Virus record (IMG/VR): IMGVR_UViG_3300036785_000296
Coordinates: 10,005 to 74,004 of that record
Direction: 5' to 3' (one strand)
DNA from: a virus
DNA: 64,000 bases
Position 1 is the first letter of the stretch. The number at the start of each line of letters is the position of its first letter. A program made the translations under genes and the position numbers. The notes beneath the pieces are model-generated. The model worked only from the letters and a program-made list of their open reading frames with translations, was not told where the DNA came from and did no database searches. Shown piece by piece: positions 38,904 through 48,378 of this stretch.

Positions 38904-39370
38904 CAGGTGTGGCGACGGCTCGTCCTGGCCGTCTTGTCGGCGTCGGACTCGGGCTCGTGCGGCCCAGGCGCAGCGCCGTGCGGCGGCGGCGTGACCTTCG
39001 TGGCGGGATCGGGGTTCGGCGGCTCCTTGCCGCTCGCTTTGGCCTCCTCCTCGGCCTCGTCCGCCTGCACCTCCATCGCGTCGGCGAGCGCCGCAGCTTC
39101 GTCCGCCCTGGTCCGCTGGGCGTCGGCGGCAGCGCGGAGCTGCTCGGCGTAGGCCTTCGGGTCGAGCTGACCCTGGACCGAGTTGGCCTTGGTGAACCAG
39201 TGCGCCGCGACCTCGTCGGGGAGCTGCTGGATGCCAGCCTCGACGGCTACGACGCGCGGCCCGGCGGCCTGGGCGCGGTTGGCGTAGTCCGTGTCGTTCT
39301 CGCCTTCGTTGCGCGGCACTTGGCCGAGGTTCAGCGTGAACGGCCGAACGATGTTGACGGTCTTCGTCAT
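38903..39370 (-). CDS. Capsid-adjacent protein (STY1053-like)
   Basis: V.PFTL....AG......EVA.HWF. Confidence 0.65.
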   Translation of the reverse strand: MTKTVNIVRPFTLNLGQVPRNEGENDTDYANRAQAAGPRVVAVEAGIQQLPDEVAAHWFTKANSVQGQLDPKAYAEQLRAAADAQRTRADEAAALADAMEVQADEAEEEAKASGKEPPNPDPATKVTPPPHGAAPGPHEPESDADKTARTSRRHT

Positions 39371-39990
39371 GCTTCAATCTCCGTGCCCCAACGCTTGGCG
39401 TTCAGCGCGGCGGCGTTCCTCTTGGCCGCCGCCCGCACCCTCGCTTTCCATTCTGGCGTCCAAGGGCGGGGCTTGCCCTTTTTCGCCCGGCTGAGCTTCG
39501 CACGCGCTTCTGGCGTCGGCGAACGTCCTGGCAGGCCGCGCCTCGCCGTCATCCCCAGCCGGTACGCGGCCGAGGCGCGGACGCCTGCGGCGATCTTCGC
39601 TTTGGTCTCCACGCTATGCGGGACGCCCAGGCGGCGCTGGTTCCCTTTCAGGCCCGCCGAGACCTTGGCGCTGATCCGGCCACGCACCTCCAGCGATGGA
39701 TCGATCAGGCCTTCGCCGCCCGCCGTCCCGTTCACCAAGCCGTCGAACGACGCGATCCAGAACCGCTCACGCTCGTGCCAGTCGTCGCCCTCGCTCAACG
39801 TCTCCAGCACCACGAGCCCCGGCCTGCGCCCTTCAACGGCCAGCTTCGCGATCCACTTGTGACGGTGGCACTTCAGCTTGCGCGCCTCGCACACATGCTC
39901 TCTGAGCCGCCGCTCTGCGTCTTTGGTCGTATAGCCCACGTAGCGGACCACGTCGGGCTCGGCAGGGTCAAAGAGGCCGTAGATGAACAT
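39367..39990 (-). CDS. GIY-YIG homing endonuclease with NUMOD3 repeats
   Basis: FIYGL.......VRYVG.T, RLREH, ERFWI, LVN...GG, HSVETKAKI. Confidence 0.85.
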   Translation of the reverse strand: MFIYGLFDPAEPDVVRYVGYTTKDAERRLREHVCEARKLKCHRHKWIAKLAVEGRRPGLVVLETLSEGDDWHERERFWIASFDGLVNGTAGGEGLIDPSLEVRGRISAKVSAGLKGNQRRLGVPHSVETKAKIAAGVRASAAYRLGMTARRGLPGRSPTPEARAKLSRAKKGKPRPWTPEWKARVRAAAKRNAAALNAKRWGTEIEA

Positions 39991-40013
39991 GAACTTATCG
40001 CGCTAAGTCCTTG

Positions 40014-41111
40014 TTACAGACCGTCAAAATATTGGGCTGTCTCGGGATAGACGAACTCGACCACCCCCAGGCGGCCGAAATACGTGGTCGTCTGGAAGAT
40101 GGCCCGGTACTCCAGCGGGGTGCGCTGGAGCGGGGTCATCGGGTAGCGGACCCGCAGCGGGTCCTTCGTGTAGACCACCATCCGGTCCACGGTCCCCAGC
40201 ACGCCAGGGGTGCCGCCAGCGCCGCGCCCGATCAGCCACTTCAGCGGGCTGATCCGCAGCTTGCCGCCCGACTGCGTGGTGATGTTGTTTTCGAGCACGT
40301 ACTTCAGCGTGCTGATGTTGCCCGCCGTCGACACCTTCTGGCTGACGATGAAGCCGAACTGAGCGGGCGGGATCAGCACATCGGCGGGCGGCACGGCCCA
40401 CGCGCTGTTCTGCCAGACCGTGGTCAGCGCCGTATTGAAGTCCGCCAGGATGTCGTCCGGCGTCTTGGTCGACCAGTGCGGCGAGCCGCTCGACGCACCG
40501 TTCGCGAGGTTGTTGGCGCCGATGACGTTCGAGTTGCAGAGGCCGAAGTACCCGAGGTCGGTGTCGCCCGTGTACACCATCTCGTCGGTGTCCATCTGGT
40601 GCTTGAGCTTCAGGCCCTCGTACTTCTGGGCGTCGACCGGGCGGCCGAGCTTCTGCGCGCTCTCCAGCTCGGGGATCGTGTAGCTGACCTGTTCGCCCCA
40701 GAGGGTCAGCGGGTAGGCGGTCTTCGAGATATCGAGCTGCATGGCCGCGATGGCGTTCGCGTCCTTGCCGATCCACGACTTGCCTGCGGGCTTGACGCCG
40801 CCGGTCGAGGCGAAGGTCGAGTTCGTGAACGAGCTGACCTCGTCGGCGATGGTCACGTCCTCGCGAAGGTCGATGTCACGGGACCATGACACCGACACCA
40901 GGGGCTCGTGCAGCGTCTGGTCGAGGCGCTCAAGCTCGCCGACGAGGAACGCGCCCGTCGAGTCGATGGTGCGCGCATCGAACGTCATCAGGTTGTCGCG
41001 CGTGCGCGCCCGGATGATCGCGGGCTTCTTCGGGACCCAGAGACCGCCGCCGAGACCCGGCAACAGGGGGCTCGCTGCCTCGAAGTGGCTGGCCGGTTCG
41101 TGAAGCATCAC
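40014..41111 (-). CDS. Major capsid protein (DUF2184)
   Basis: DSTGAFL.GELE.LD, W.RDI.LREDV, YT..EL..AQ.LGRP.D.QK, RMVVY. Confidence 0.92.
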   Translation of the reverse strand: MMLHEPASHFEAASPLLPGLGGGLWVPKKPAIIRARTRDNLMTFDARTIDSTGAFLVGELERLDQTLHEPLVSVSWSRDIDLREDVTIADEVSSFTNSTFASTGGVKPAGKSWIGKDANAIAAMQLDISKTAYPLTLWGEQVSYTIPELESAQKLGRPVDAQKYEGLKLKHQMDTDEMVYTGDTDLGYFGLCNSNVIGANNLANGASSGSPHWSTKTPDDILADFNTALTTVWQNSAWAVPPADVLIPPAQFGFIVSQKVSTAGNISTLKYVLENNITTQSGGKLRISPLKWLIGRGAGGTPGVLGTVDRMVVYTKDPLRVRYPMTPLQRTPLEYRAIFQTTTYFGRLGVVEFVYPETAQYFDGL

Positions 41112-41117
41112 GCCCTC

Positions 41118-41657
41118 CTAGATGTTGTACATGATCTCGACTTGACCCTGGATCGTGGGCGGGCCAGCCGAGGAGTTGGTGGCGTCCGCCGGGCCGGTGA
41201 AGTAGCAGCCGGGGATCGCCGCGCCGTTCGCCGCGATGGACGCATCGCCCAGGTCGCCGACCGCCGAGCCAGCGGTCGCGGTCAGGCAGACCCAGACGGG
41301 AGCGTCCTTGACCGCAGAGCCGAAGCCCATCTGGACCGTGAAGTAGCCGCGCCGGGCCCGGTCGCCGATGGTCCCGAACTGGGTCATGGGCGCGCCGGTC
41401 AGGAACGCCGCCCCCGGCCAGGAACTCGACTGGATCGGGAACGGGCGGACCAGCAGGCCGGTGATCAGCGAGACGGTGTCGGCAGCGGCCAGCGGCACGA
41501 ACAGGCCCGCCACGGTCTTGCCGAACCTGCCGTAGGCCGTGAACGGGTTGGCCGGGTTGAGCGCGACCGGCTCGATGGTCGCTTGGTCCGGGCGGTTGAT
41601 CGCGCCGGGGATGCCTGCCGGCATCCGGTACATGTAGGCGTTGCCGAGAGCGGCCAT
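41118..41657 (-). CDS. Capsid decoration/cement protein
   Basis: RMPAGIPG...R, G.LVRPFP, RGY.TV, E..YNI; immediately upstream of MCP. Confidence 0.8.
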   Translation of the reverse strand: MAALGNAYMYRMPAGIPGAINRPDQATIEPVALNPANPFTAYGRFGKTVAGLFVPLAAADTVSLITGLLVRPFPIQSSSWPGAAFLTGAPMTQFGTIGDRARRGYFTVQMGFGSAVKDAPVWVCLTATAGSAVGDLGDASIAANGAAIPGCYFTGPADATNSSAGPPTIQGQVEIMYNI

Positions 41658-41666
41658 GTTGGTCTC

Positions 41667-43250
41667 CTAAACCCGGTCCTTCCAGAACTCGCGATTTCGC
41701 TTGTTCAGCTCCGCGTTGCTCGGCGGCCCCCTGTCGCCCGGCCGGGGCAGGCGATCATAGGTGGCGGCGCCGGAGATCACGCCATTGTTCCGCATGGCCG
41801 ACATCGCCGCGACGGCGTTGAAGGCGGTCGTGATGGCGTCGCACGTCAGGCCGACGAGGTTCGGGCTCTCGCCCAGCACCCGGCGGACGATCTCCGACTT
41901 GACGTCGTCGGTGCGGAGCGCCTTGGCCAGCACGCGGCGCCGCAGCAGGCACGTCCCGTTCACCGCGTCGGCCGCGTCGTAGGTCGGCATCCGCGTGCCG
42001 GGGCAGATAATCTCGGCCTTGGCGACGGTGTCGCGGAAGTCAGCCAGCAGCTCGGCCGAGTCCATCACCTTGCCGCCGAACGGCCCCTTGCCCAGGCCCT
42101 TGTCCTTCTCGTCCTTCTGGGCCTTCGCGCCGAACGGCCCCTTGCCGAGCGCGTCGGTGGTGTCCTTGGGCTCCTTGCGGCCTTCCTCGCCCTCCTGATC
42201 CACCTTGGTCAGCTCGGCCTCGTTGGGCTCGCTGTCCTTCGCGGGCGTCCCGTCCGGCTCCTTCTCAAGCTCGGCCGGATCGAGCTGCTGCACCGCGCCT
42301 CCCTCGTCGTGCTCGCCGTTGCCCTCGCCCGCGCCCGCGCCGCCGCCGAGCTTGGCGAGCGCCGCCTCGACCTTGTCGAAGCGCGCGTTGTTCTGCGCGA
42401 CGTGCTGCTGGAACCACGGGGGCGTGTCTTCGTGGGCCTCGCCCGTGGGCTGATCCTTGCTCTCGACCGGCCCGGCCGCGCCCTCCGGCCCAGCGCCCGC
42501 GCCGTTGGGCTTCTCGGCGCCGCCAGGGAGATGGATGTGGATGTGCTGGTCGCTGTCTTCCCGCTCTTCAGGCGGGGTCTCGCTGGTCGGGTCCAGCGTC
42601 CGCAGCGCGCTCTCCACACCCGCCTCGTCGCGGGCCCGCACCATCCGCATGATCCGGTCGGTGAGGCTGTCGCCATGCCCTCGTGCCATGTCAGCGTCTC
42701 CTATGGCGCACCGGGGACCACAGCGCCCGTGATCCACCAGCGCGACGTGATTGTAGATGATGTTCCGCTGACGCGCCTGCCCCGGTTCGGTCTGCTCGTA
42801 GCTCGCGTCGTAGCCGCAGCTCACTTCCTTCTTGCCGCGCCGGACAGCGTCGATCCCTGCCTGCTTGGTGACCAAGAAATCGGCGAGGAGCATCTGATCC
42901 ATCGGCCCCTCGCCCCGGCGAGGGTTTAGGACCACCCCGACCGTGTGGTCGCTCCAGTTGCCGGGATGCACATCCTCTTCAGGGTGATCGTCCACGATGG
43001 ACTTGCCGTTCAGGCTGGCGATGGTCTCCGGCCGGAAGACCTCGTCGGCGTCGCGGTAGGCGGTGATGATCCCGTCCGGCCCAGGCGTGAGGTAGTTGCC
43101 CTCGTCGTCCTGAAGCTCGCCCGGCGCGTAGAACATCGAGCCGGTCCTGGCGACGGGCACGCCCTCGCAATAGAGGAAGCCCTCCGGGGTCATCGACTGG
43201 GTCAGACCGACCGTGTCCGTCGTGTAGACCTCGCGGTCGAACGATCTCAC
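41667..43250 (-). CDS. Prohead protease/scaffold (DUF2213)
   Basis: TPEGFL.C..VP.ARTG, VF.PETIAS, HP, EVSCGYDA, NHVALV..GRCG..C.IGD. Confidence 0.9.
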   Translation of the reverse strand: MRSFDREVYTTDTVGLTQSMTPEGFLYCEGVPVARTGSMFYAPGELQDDEGNYLTPGPDGIITAYRDADEVFRPETIASLNGKSIVDDHPEEDVHPGNWSDHTVGVVLNPRRGEGPMDQMLLADFLVTKQAGIDAVRRGKKEVSCGYDASYEQTEPGQARQRNIIYNHVALVDHGRCGPRCAIGDADMARGHGDSLTDRIMRMVRARDEAGVESALRTLDPTSETPPEEREDSDQHIHIHLPGGAEKPNGAGAGPEGAAGPVESKDQPTGEAHEDTPPWFQQHVAQNNARFDKVEAALAKLGGGAGAGEGNGEHDEGGAVQQLDPAELEKEPDGTPAKDSEPNEAELTKVDQEGEEGRKEPKDTTDALGKGPFGAKAQKDEKDKGLGKGPFGGKVMDSAELLADFRDTVAKAEIICPGTRMPTYDAADAVNGTCLLRRRVLAKALRTDDVKSEIVRRVLGESPNLVGLTCDAITTAFNAVAAMSAMRNNGVISGAATYDRLPRPGDRGPPSNAELNKRNREFWKDRV

Positions 43251-43843
43251 GGCGCCGCCCTTTCCCGCGCTCGGCGCAGAAGCTGCACCTCCGACATCCG
43301 CGCCAGCGTCTCAGCCGTGTGCTGCTTCGGCCCCCTATGCGGGTAGCGCTTGATCGCCAGTCCCAGCTTCCTCCGGTGTTCGTCGCTGCGGGCAGGCAGT
43401 TTCTGGCCCCGCTTCGACGCGCTGATCCTCGCTCGGGTCTCGGCCGAGACGAACCGCCCGGTCTGGGCCGCGCGCACGCGCTCCTTGCCCTCTGGCGACA
43501 TCGGGTTGGCCTGCTTGCCTGCTCTGATCCTGGCCCGCCCGGCCTCATCGAACTTGTAGCCTGCCGCTCCCCCGCCACCGTCTGTGAGGTTGTAGCCCGC
43601 TGGCTCTCGGCACCCGTGGTAGGCGATCCAGAAGCGCTCGCGCTCATCGAGCTGTGCCTGCGTGTCGCATCGCTCGATCTCGGCTACCGAGAAGGCATCG
43701 GCGCCGTGCTTGCGGATGGCGCGGCCGATCATCCACTTCGACTTCGCGTGGCGCGCGAACCGGGGCGCGAGCCCCTCGCGGGTCTGGCCGACATACTTCC
43801 GCCCGTCGATCAGGTTCGTGATCAGGTAGACGACAGCGACCAT
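43247..43843 (-). CDS. GIY-YIG homing endonuclease with NUMOD3 repeats
   Basis: VYLITN..DGRKYVGQT, RF..H, E.FWI, GYNLT.GG, SAETRARIS. Confidence 0.88.
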   Translation of the reverse strand: MVAVVYLITNLIDGRKYVGQTREGLAPRFARHAKSKWMIGRAIRKHGADAFSVAEIERCDTQAQLDERERFWIAYHGCREPAGYNLTDGGGGAAGYKFDEAGRARIRAGKQANPMSPEGKERVRAAQTGRFVSAETRARISASKRGQKLPARSDEHRRKLGLAIKRYPHRGPKQHTAETLARMSEVQLLRRARERAAP

Positions 43844-43855
43844 GATCGCGCGCCT

Positions 43856-44623
43856 CTATCCGAAGACCGCGCGCGAGCCAAGCCGGGGCCACACGGGGCG
43901 GGGGTGGCAGCGGCAGTTGGCGAACCGGCCCGCGTGCGCCGTGTAGCCCTGGATCGTCGGCGGATCGTCCCAGCGCACGAACTTGCCCTGCATCGCCCGA
44001 TGCTCCGGCCGCACCGCCCCGTCCTCCATGGTTTCCCAGTAATATCCCTCCGAGCCGGCGCTCCTGGCGCGCACCTCCACCATGCTCGACGCCGTACTGC
44101 TGACCATCGTCCTGGCCAGCATCGTGGCGTGCGAGCGGCTGACCTCGCCCGAGCGCATGATCTCATCGATGTAGACGGTCGAGCGTTGCGGGTCCGACAG
44201 GCCCTGTTGCACGATGAAGCTGATCCGTTGCGCCGCCTCCTGTGGGATGGACCTGATCTGCCGGGCGTTCTCCTCAACCAGCCGCGTCAGCCACTCGCCG
44301 ACCGGCACGTTCCGCAGCTCGCGCTTGATCTCGTCGCTGATCTCGCCCGCCTGCTGCATCCAGGCCCGCGCCTCCTTGCCCTTGACCTCCGCCGCCATCC
44401 GCGTCGCGGTGCTATCCGCCCACGGGCCCACCGCCTCCTCCAGCCGCGCCAGCGCTTCGGTGATCTGCGGGACGTTGGCCGGGTTCAGCGGATCGTCAGG
44501 ATGCGCGCGGACCCAGGCCTTGATCAGCTCGCCAGAGATGTTGCTGAGCTTGCGGAGCTGCGCGCCGACGAAGGCCTCATGGCGCCGGACCTTCACCAGA
44601 TAGTCAGGCCGCTTGCGCGCCAC
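43856..44623 (-). CDS. Head morphogenesis protein (MuF/SPP1 gp7-like)
   Basis: LART, Y.W.T..D..VRPEH....GK...WD.PP, H.G...NCRC. Confidence 0.9.
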   Translation of the reverse strand: MARKRPDYLVKVRRHEAFVGAQLRKLSNISGELIKAWVRAHPDDPLNPANVPQITEALARLEEAVGPWADSTATRMAAEVKGKEARAWMQQAGEISDEIKRELRNVPVGEWLTRLVEENARQIRSIPQEAAQRISFIVQQGLSDPQRSTVYIDEIMRSGEVSRSHATMLARTMVSSTASSMVEVRARSAGSEGYYWETMEDGAVRPEHRAMQGKFVRWDDPPTIQGYTAHAGRFANCRCHPRPVWPRLGSRAVFG

Positions 44624-44625
44624 CT

Positions 44626-46200
44626 TTACGTGTCCTCGAAGACCGGCACCCCGTCGTCGTCCAGCAGCGGGATCGCCTCGTCATCGAGGATGCCGCCGAC
44701 CACGGCGTGGCGATGCACGACGCGCGCCGTCATGCCCAGCACCTGGGCGTAGGCCAGCGAGCCCATCACGATCTGCGCGTCGCGCGCCGCGCCCTGCTCG
44801 ATGACCGTCTCAGCGACGAGGCCGAAGGCGGCCGTGACGTCCTGCGCCGCGCCCTGCTCGGCGACGCTCTCTCCCCTGCTGACGCCGCCCGAGGGCGTGT
44901 CGAACGCCCTGCCCGCCTCGTAGATCGCAGGCCGGGTGACCGAGGAGACGACGCTCGGAGTGTCGAGGGCCGCGCCGCTCTCGGCGACGGCGAGCGGCAA
45001 GAGCCCGGCGCTGGTCACCACGTCGGCCGCCGCCCCAGCCTCGCTCACCAGCGTCAGGGAGGTCTCGACCACGCCGACGTGGGCGATGGTCAGCGGGTTG
45101 CCTGGGCCGGGCCCCGTGAGCACCCGGTAGTTGGCGGTGTCGGTCGACGTCAGCACGTCTTGGTTCGTCGCATCGGCGAACCAGCCGGTGAGCCCCGCGC
45201 CGATGGTGGCGCTCTGGTTGCCCGCCACGCCATTCTTGCGCGTCGTCAGCGTCCCCGGCCCCGTCATGGCGTTGGCGGTGACGTTGACCTTCAGGCCCGA
45301 CATCGCGACGGGAAAGCCGTGCGGCGTGGCCGCCGCCGCGTCGCTCCCCAGGCCCACGCCGAGGGTGCCGCCCACCAGCGGGTAGTAGGCGGTGAAGTTC
45401 GCGCCCATCCCGCTGGCCGGGTAGCAGAAGAGGTCGTTGACCGGGGCGCTCGGGTTGACGAAGCCGATGGCGGCGCAACTTTGGCTGACCACGCCGCCGC
45501 CGGCTAGCATCGTCGCGCAGAAGAGGTCGCCGACGTTGACCGTCGTCTGGGTGGTGGTGTCTTGGAAGACGCCCGTGAGCCCAGGCCCGATGGTCGGTCC
45601 TTGGGCGCCGAGCGCCCCGTTCAGATAGAGGGTGAACTTCTGGGCCGAGGTCATCGCGTTGGCGGTGATGTTGACGCTCAGACCCTGAAGCAGCCCGGCC
45701 ACGCCAACTTGCTGCTGCACGGTGGCGGTCACCGTGTTCAGCACCTGTCCGAGGCTACCGACGGGGTTGAAGTACTGACGGTTGTTGGCGCTGATCGTGT
45801 TCGTGGTGCTGCCGGTCGGGCTGGCTGCGTAGATCGCCGCGTGCGGGCTTGAGCCCAGGCGCATCTGTAGACGCGAGACGGTCGCGGCAGCGGCTGCGGT
45901 CCAGGCCAGATCGATCAGGTCGCCCTGCGCCACCACGTCGCCCGCGCCCGACGTCAGCGCCGTGTCGCTGATGCTCTGGTTGGCGTTGGCGCCGTTCTGG
46001 CGGAGCTGCCCGGTGAACGTCCCGGCCACCGTCAGCGCCGTCAGCCCCAGGAGCGTGCCCGCGACCGGCATCCTAAGCTGCGCCGCCGCCTCGGTGGCCT
46101 GCTTCGTGTAGGTCGTATTGCCGCCCAGGACGCCACTGAAGGTCCCGGCGGCCTGCGCCACAGCGCCTAGAGAGGCGGTCCCGAAGAGGGAATAGCCCAT
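44626..46200 (-). CDS. Gly-rich virion appendage/fibre-like protein with internal repeats
   Basis: Three NG.....TI..GLTG.F.D-type domains and five E.G.A.D repeats. Confidence 0.65.
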   Translation of the reverse strand: MGYSLFGTASLGAVAQAAGTFSGVLGGNTTYTKQATEAAAQLRMPVAGTLLGLTALTVAGTFTGQLRQNGANANQSISDTALTSGAGDVVAQGDLIDLAWTAAAAATVSRLQMRLGSSPHAAIYAASPTGSTTNTISANNRQYFNPVGSLGQVLNTVTATVQQQVGVAGLLQGLSVNITANAMTSAQKFTLYLNGALGAQGPTIGPGLTGVFQDTTTQTTVNVGDLFCATMLAGGGVVSQSCAAIGFVNPSAPVNDLFCYPASGMGANFTAYYPLVGGTLGVGLGSDAAAATPHGFPVAMSGLKVNVTANAMTGPGTLTTRKNGVAGNQSATIGAGLTGWFADATNQDVLTSTDTANYRVLTGPGPGNPLTIAHVGVVETSLTLVSEAGAAADVVTSAGLLPLAVAESGAALDTPSVVSSVTRPAIYEAGRAFDTPSGGVSRGESVAEQGAAQDVTAAFGLVAETVIEQGAARDAQIVMGSLAYAQVLGMTARVVHRHAVVGGILDDEAIPLLDDDGVPVFEDT

Positions 46201-46203
46201 CGG

Positions 46204-46533
46204 CTACCCCTTCCTGGCGTAGCTGGCCGCCCCTTCGTGCTGCGCGAGGTAGTCATCCAGGCTCAGCTTCGGGACTTCGGCGATCTCGCCGTTCGGCCCA
46301 TGCGCTCGCCCGTGGCGATCATCGCCGACGACTTCGGTGATGATGTCGTCCCGAGCCACGCCGGTGTCCTCCAGCGCCTTCCTGGCGAGGCTCATCGCCC
46401 GGTTCTCGCCCGCCACATCCTCGTGGCTCGCGCCCGCGCCCGCATGGTAGGCACAGGGGCGCAGCAGCTCGGTGGGCTCGCCGTCCGGCTCGCGGATCGC
46501 CAGCACGCAGCCGCAGTGCGCTGTCCACTCCAT
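46204..46533 (-). CDS. Hypothetical protein (C.C..C..H motif)
   Basis: TGATG coupling to upstream gene. Confidence 0.6.
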   Translation of the reverse strand: MEWTAHCGCVLAIREPDGEPTELLRPCAYHAGAGASHEDVAGENRAMSLARKALEDTGVARDDIITEVVGDDRHGRAHGPNGEIAEVPKLSLDDYLAQHEGAASYARKG

Positions 46534-47117
46534 CAGAGACCCACCGAGTAGCCGACCGTCACGGTGTCGTTGGCCAGGACCGAGCGGTCGCCGCCCTGGA
46601 AGAGCCCGGCGCTGATCAAGACGCCGCCAGCGTTCATGACGCCGTTCGTCGCGCCCGCGCCACCGACGAGGAAGCAGCCCTTGATGATCCCGGTCCCGGT
46701 GATCGCGAAGCCAGGGTTCGCGCTGAGCGACTTGACGCCCGCCGAAGCCGCCGCCCAGGCGCACGCGCCACGGGTGCTGCTCATGGTCGGCGCGTTGGTG
46801 GTGCCCGCCTCGGTCCAGCCCGCGTGGCTGGCCATCGTGTCGGCCGCCGAGATCGCCGAGTAGCCGACCGACGAGATCAGCCCCATGAACTCGACCGCCG
46901 TGTAGGCCGCGCCCGCCAGCGCCTGATCGAGCATCAGGTTCTTGCCGACCGTGACCACCGTATTCGCGAAGCGCTCGCGCCAGCGCAGCCGTCCCTCGGC
47001 GTCGTGGCACCATGCCTCGAACTGACCCCTGGCCGACAGTTGGTCTAATACCAAACCAGACCGGGAGATGGCGGGGTAGATATCATCATGCGCCGCGAGA
47101 ATGTCGCGCTGATCCAT
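46533..47117 (-). CDS. Conserved phage structural (fibre-associated) protein
   Basis: N.VV.VGKN..LD, GL, A.DT..SH.GW.E, GD..V...DT..V.Y. Confidence 0.7.
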   Translation of the reverse strand: MDQRDILAAHDDIYPAISRSGLVLDQLSARGQFEAWCHDAEGRLRWRERFANTVVTVGKNLMLDQALAGAAYTAVEFMGLISSVGYSAISAADTMASHAGWTEAGTTNAPTMSSTRGACAWAAASAGVKSLSANPGFAITGTGIIKGCFLVGGAGATNGVMNAGGVLISAGLFQGGDRSVLANDTVTVGYSVGL

Positions 47118-47118
47118 C

Positions 47119-47385
47119 TCAGTCCTCCCGCGCGTCGATCACGGCCTGGGCCGCCTGATCGATGTCCTGCTGCGTGACGGCGCCGTCCTGCACCGCCTTC
47201 GCCGCCTTCGCGACGCGCTGCTCGGCCGCCGCCAGATCGCGCTGCATGACCGCCTTCGCGCCCTCGTGCGGCGTGGTCTCGATCAGCGTCTTCAGCGTCG
47301 CCAGATCGGCCGCCGCGTTCTGCGCCTCCTGCTGCGGGCCCTCCAGCTTGGCGAGATCGGCTTCGAGGCTCTTCAGGTCGGCCAT
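47119..47385 (-). CDS. Small coiled-coil protein
   Basis: GGAGG RBS; heptad pattern. Confidence 0.6.
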   Translation of the reverse strand: MADLKSLEADLAKLEGPQQEAQNAAADLATLKTLIETTPHEGAKAVMQRDLAAAEQRVAKAAKAVQDGAVTQQDIDQAAQAVIDARED

Positions 47386-47386
47386 G

Positions 47387-47809
47387 TCAGCCCTCCAGCG
47401 CCATGATGATCAGGGTGTCGGCGATGTTGCCGACCGCCAGCAGCGGCGCCGCCACCTTCAGGTCTTCGTCCGCGACGTAGGCTACCTGCGAGAGCGTCAG
47501 CACGCCATCGATCTGGCCAGCAGGCACCAGCCACTGGCCGATGGCGACGCCGCCGGAGCTGACCGGGCAGACGTAGTCGCTGGCGGGCGCGACGCCGACC
47601 CGCATCCGGCAGTTGGCGAGCACGACGGTCTGGGCGTCGATGAACTCGTACCAGAAGAGGATCGCGCCCGGCGGCGGCTGGCCCTCGCGCACGCCGATGA
47701 TCTCCTGCGCCGCGTCCTGGCCGGTCAGCCCCTGCTCCCCGGTCATCGAGATGATCAGGGTCGGGGGCGGCGCCGGCGGCGAGCCGGGGACGATGTCAGC
47801 GGCCGACAA
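47387..47809 (-). CDS. Structural hypothetical protein
   Basis: In operon; TGEQGLTGQD collagen-like stub. Confidence 0.55.
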   Translation of the reverse strand: MSAADIVPGSPPAPPPTLIISMTGEQGLTGQDAAQEIIGVREGQPPPGAILFWYEFIDAQTVVLANCRMRVGVAPASDYVCPVSSGGVAIGQWLVPAGQIDGVLTLSQVAYVADEDLKVAAPLLAVGNIADTLIIMALEG

Positions 47810-48230
47810 CGGCGAACCTCCTGACGGGCACGGGCATCACCTGGGTCGGCTCATCGGTGTAGGCGCGCACGATGAACATCCCCTCCCAGCGCACGACGCC
47901 GTTGTCATCGCCGGTGGTGATGTCGCGCAAGCTGAAGTAGGGGCCGACCTTCGGGTTGCCGCTCATGTCGACCAGCGCCACGTCGCTCTGGGTGAGCGTC
48001 AGCATCTGCTGGTCGGGGTGACCGAGGATCGGCTTCAGCAGCGTCTGGAAGGCGCCGTCGACCTCGAACTCGTAGACGCTCTGGCTGACGTCGAGCGGGT
48101 TGCCCGCGCCGTCCTGAAAGGCGATGGCGAGCGGCGCCGCCGTCCGACCGTGGAGGCGCAGATTGCCGCAGCCGTCGATCCAGGCGGGCTGATAGACGAC
48201 GACCTGGGCCGGAGGAGGGGTCGTGGCCAT
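47796..48230 (-). CDS. BppU/Ig-like structural protein
   Basis: D..G.PLDVS, LTLTQ, EG.F.V; GAGGAG RBS. Confidence 0.55.
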   Translation of the reverse strand: MATTPPPAQVVVYQPAWIDGCGNLRLHGRTAAPLAIAFQDGAGNPLDVSQSVYEFEVDGAFQTLLKPILGHPDQQMLTLTQSDVALVDMSGNPKVGPYFSLRDITTGDDNGVVRWEGMFIVRAYTDEPTQVMPVPVRRFAVVGR

Positions 48231-48281
48231 GCCCGGCTCCTCTACCCTAAGAGCGCCTCCCGCGCGAGGGTCCGCCGCGAG

Positions 48282-48378
48282 CTGATATCAGTGGGCCCTT
48301 GAAATGTCTGGTCGCGATACCTATATGTGGTAGGTGAGGCGCGGCCGGAGTGGTCGCGACGAAGGCCCCGGAGGAGCC
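48282..48378 (+). promoter_or_regulatory. Early promoter cassette 1
   Basis: CTGATATCAG; CTTGAA-N17-CTATAT; GCGGCC-GGAGT-GGTCGC hairpin; GGAGG SD. Confidence 0.8.

Noticed and set aside
42075-42147. Direct repeat encoding LGKGPFG twice in the scaffold
   Set aside because: Local duplication in a disordered linker with no evidence of a separate function
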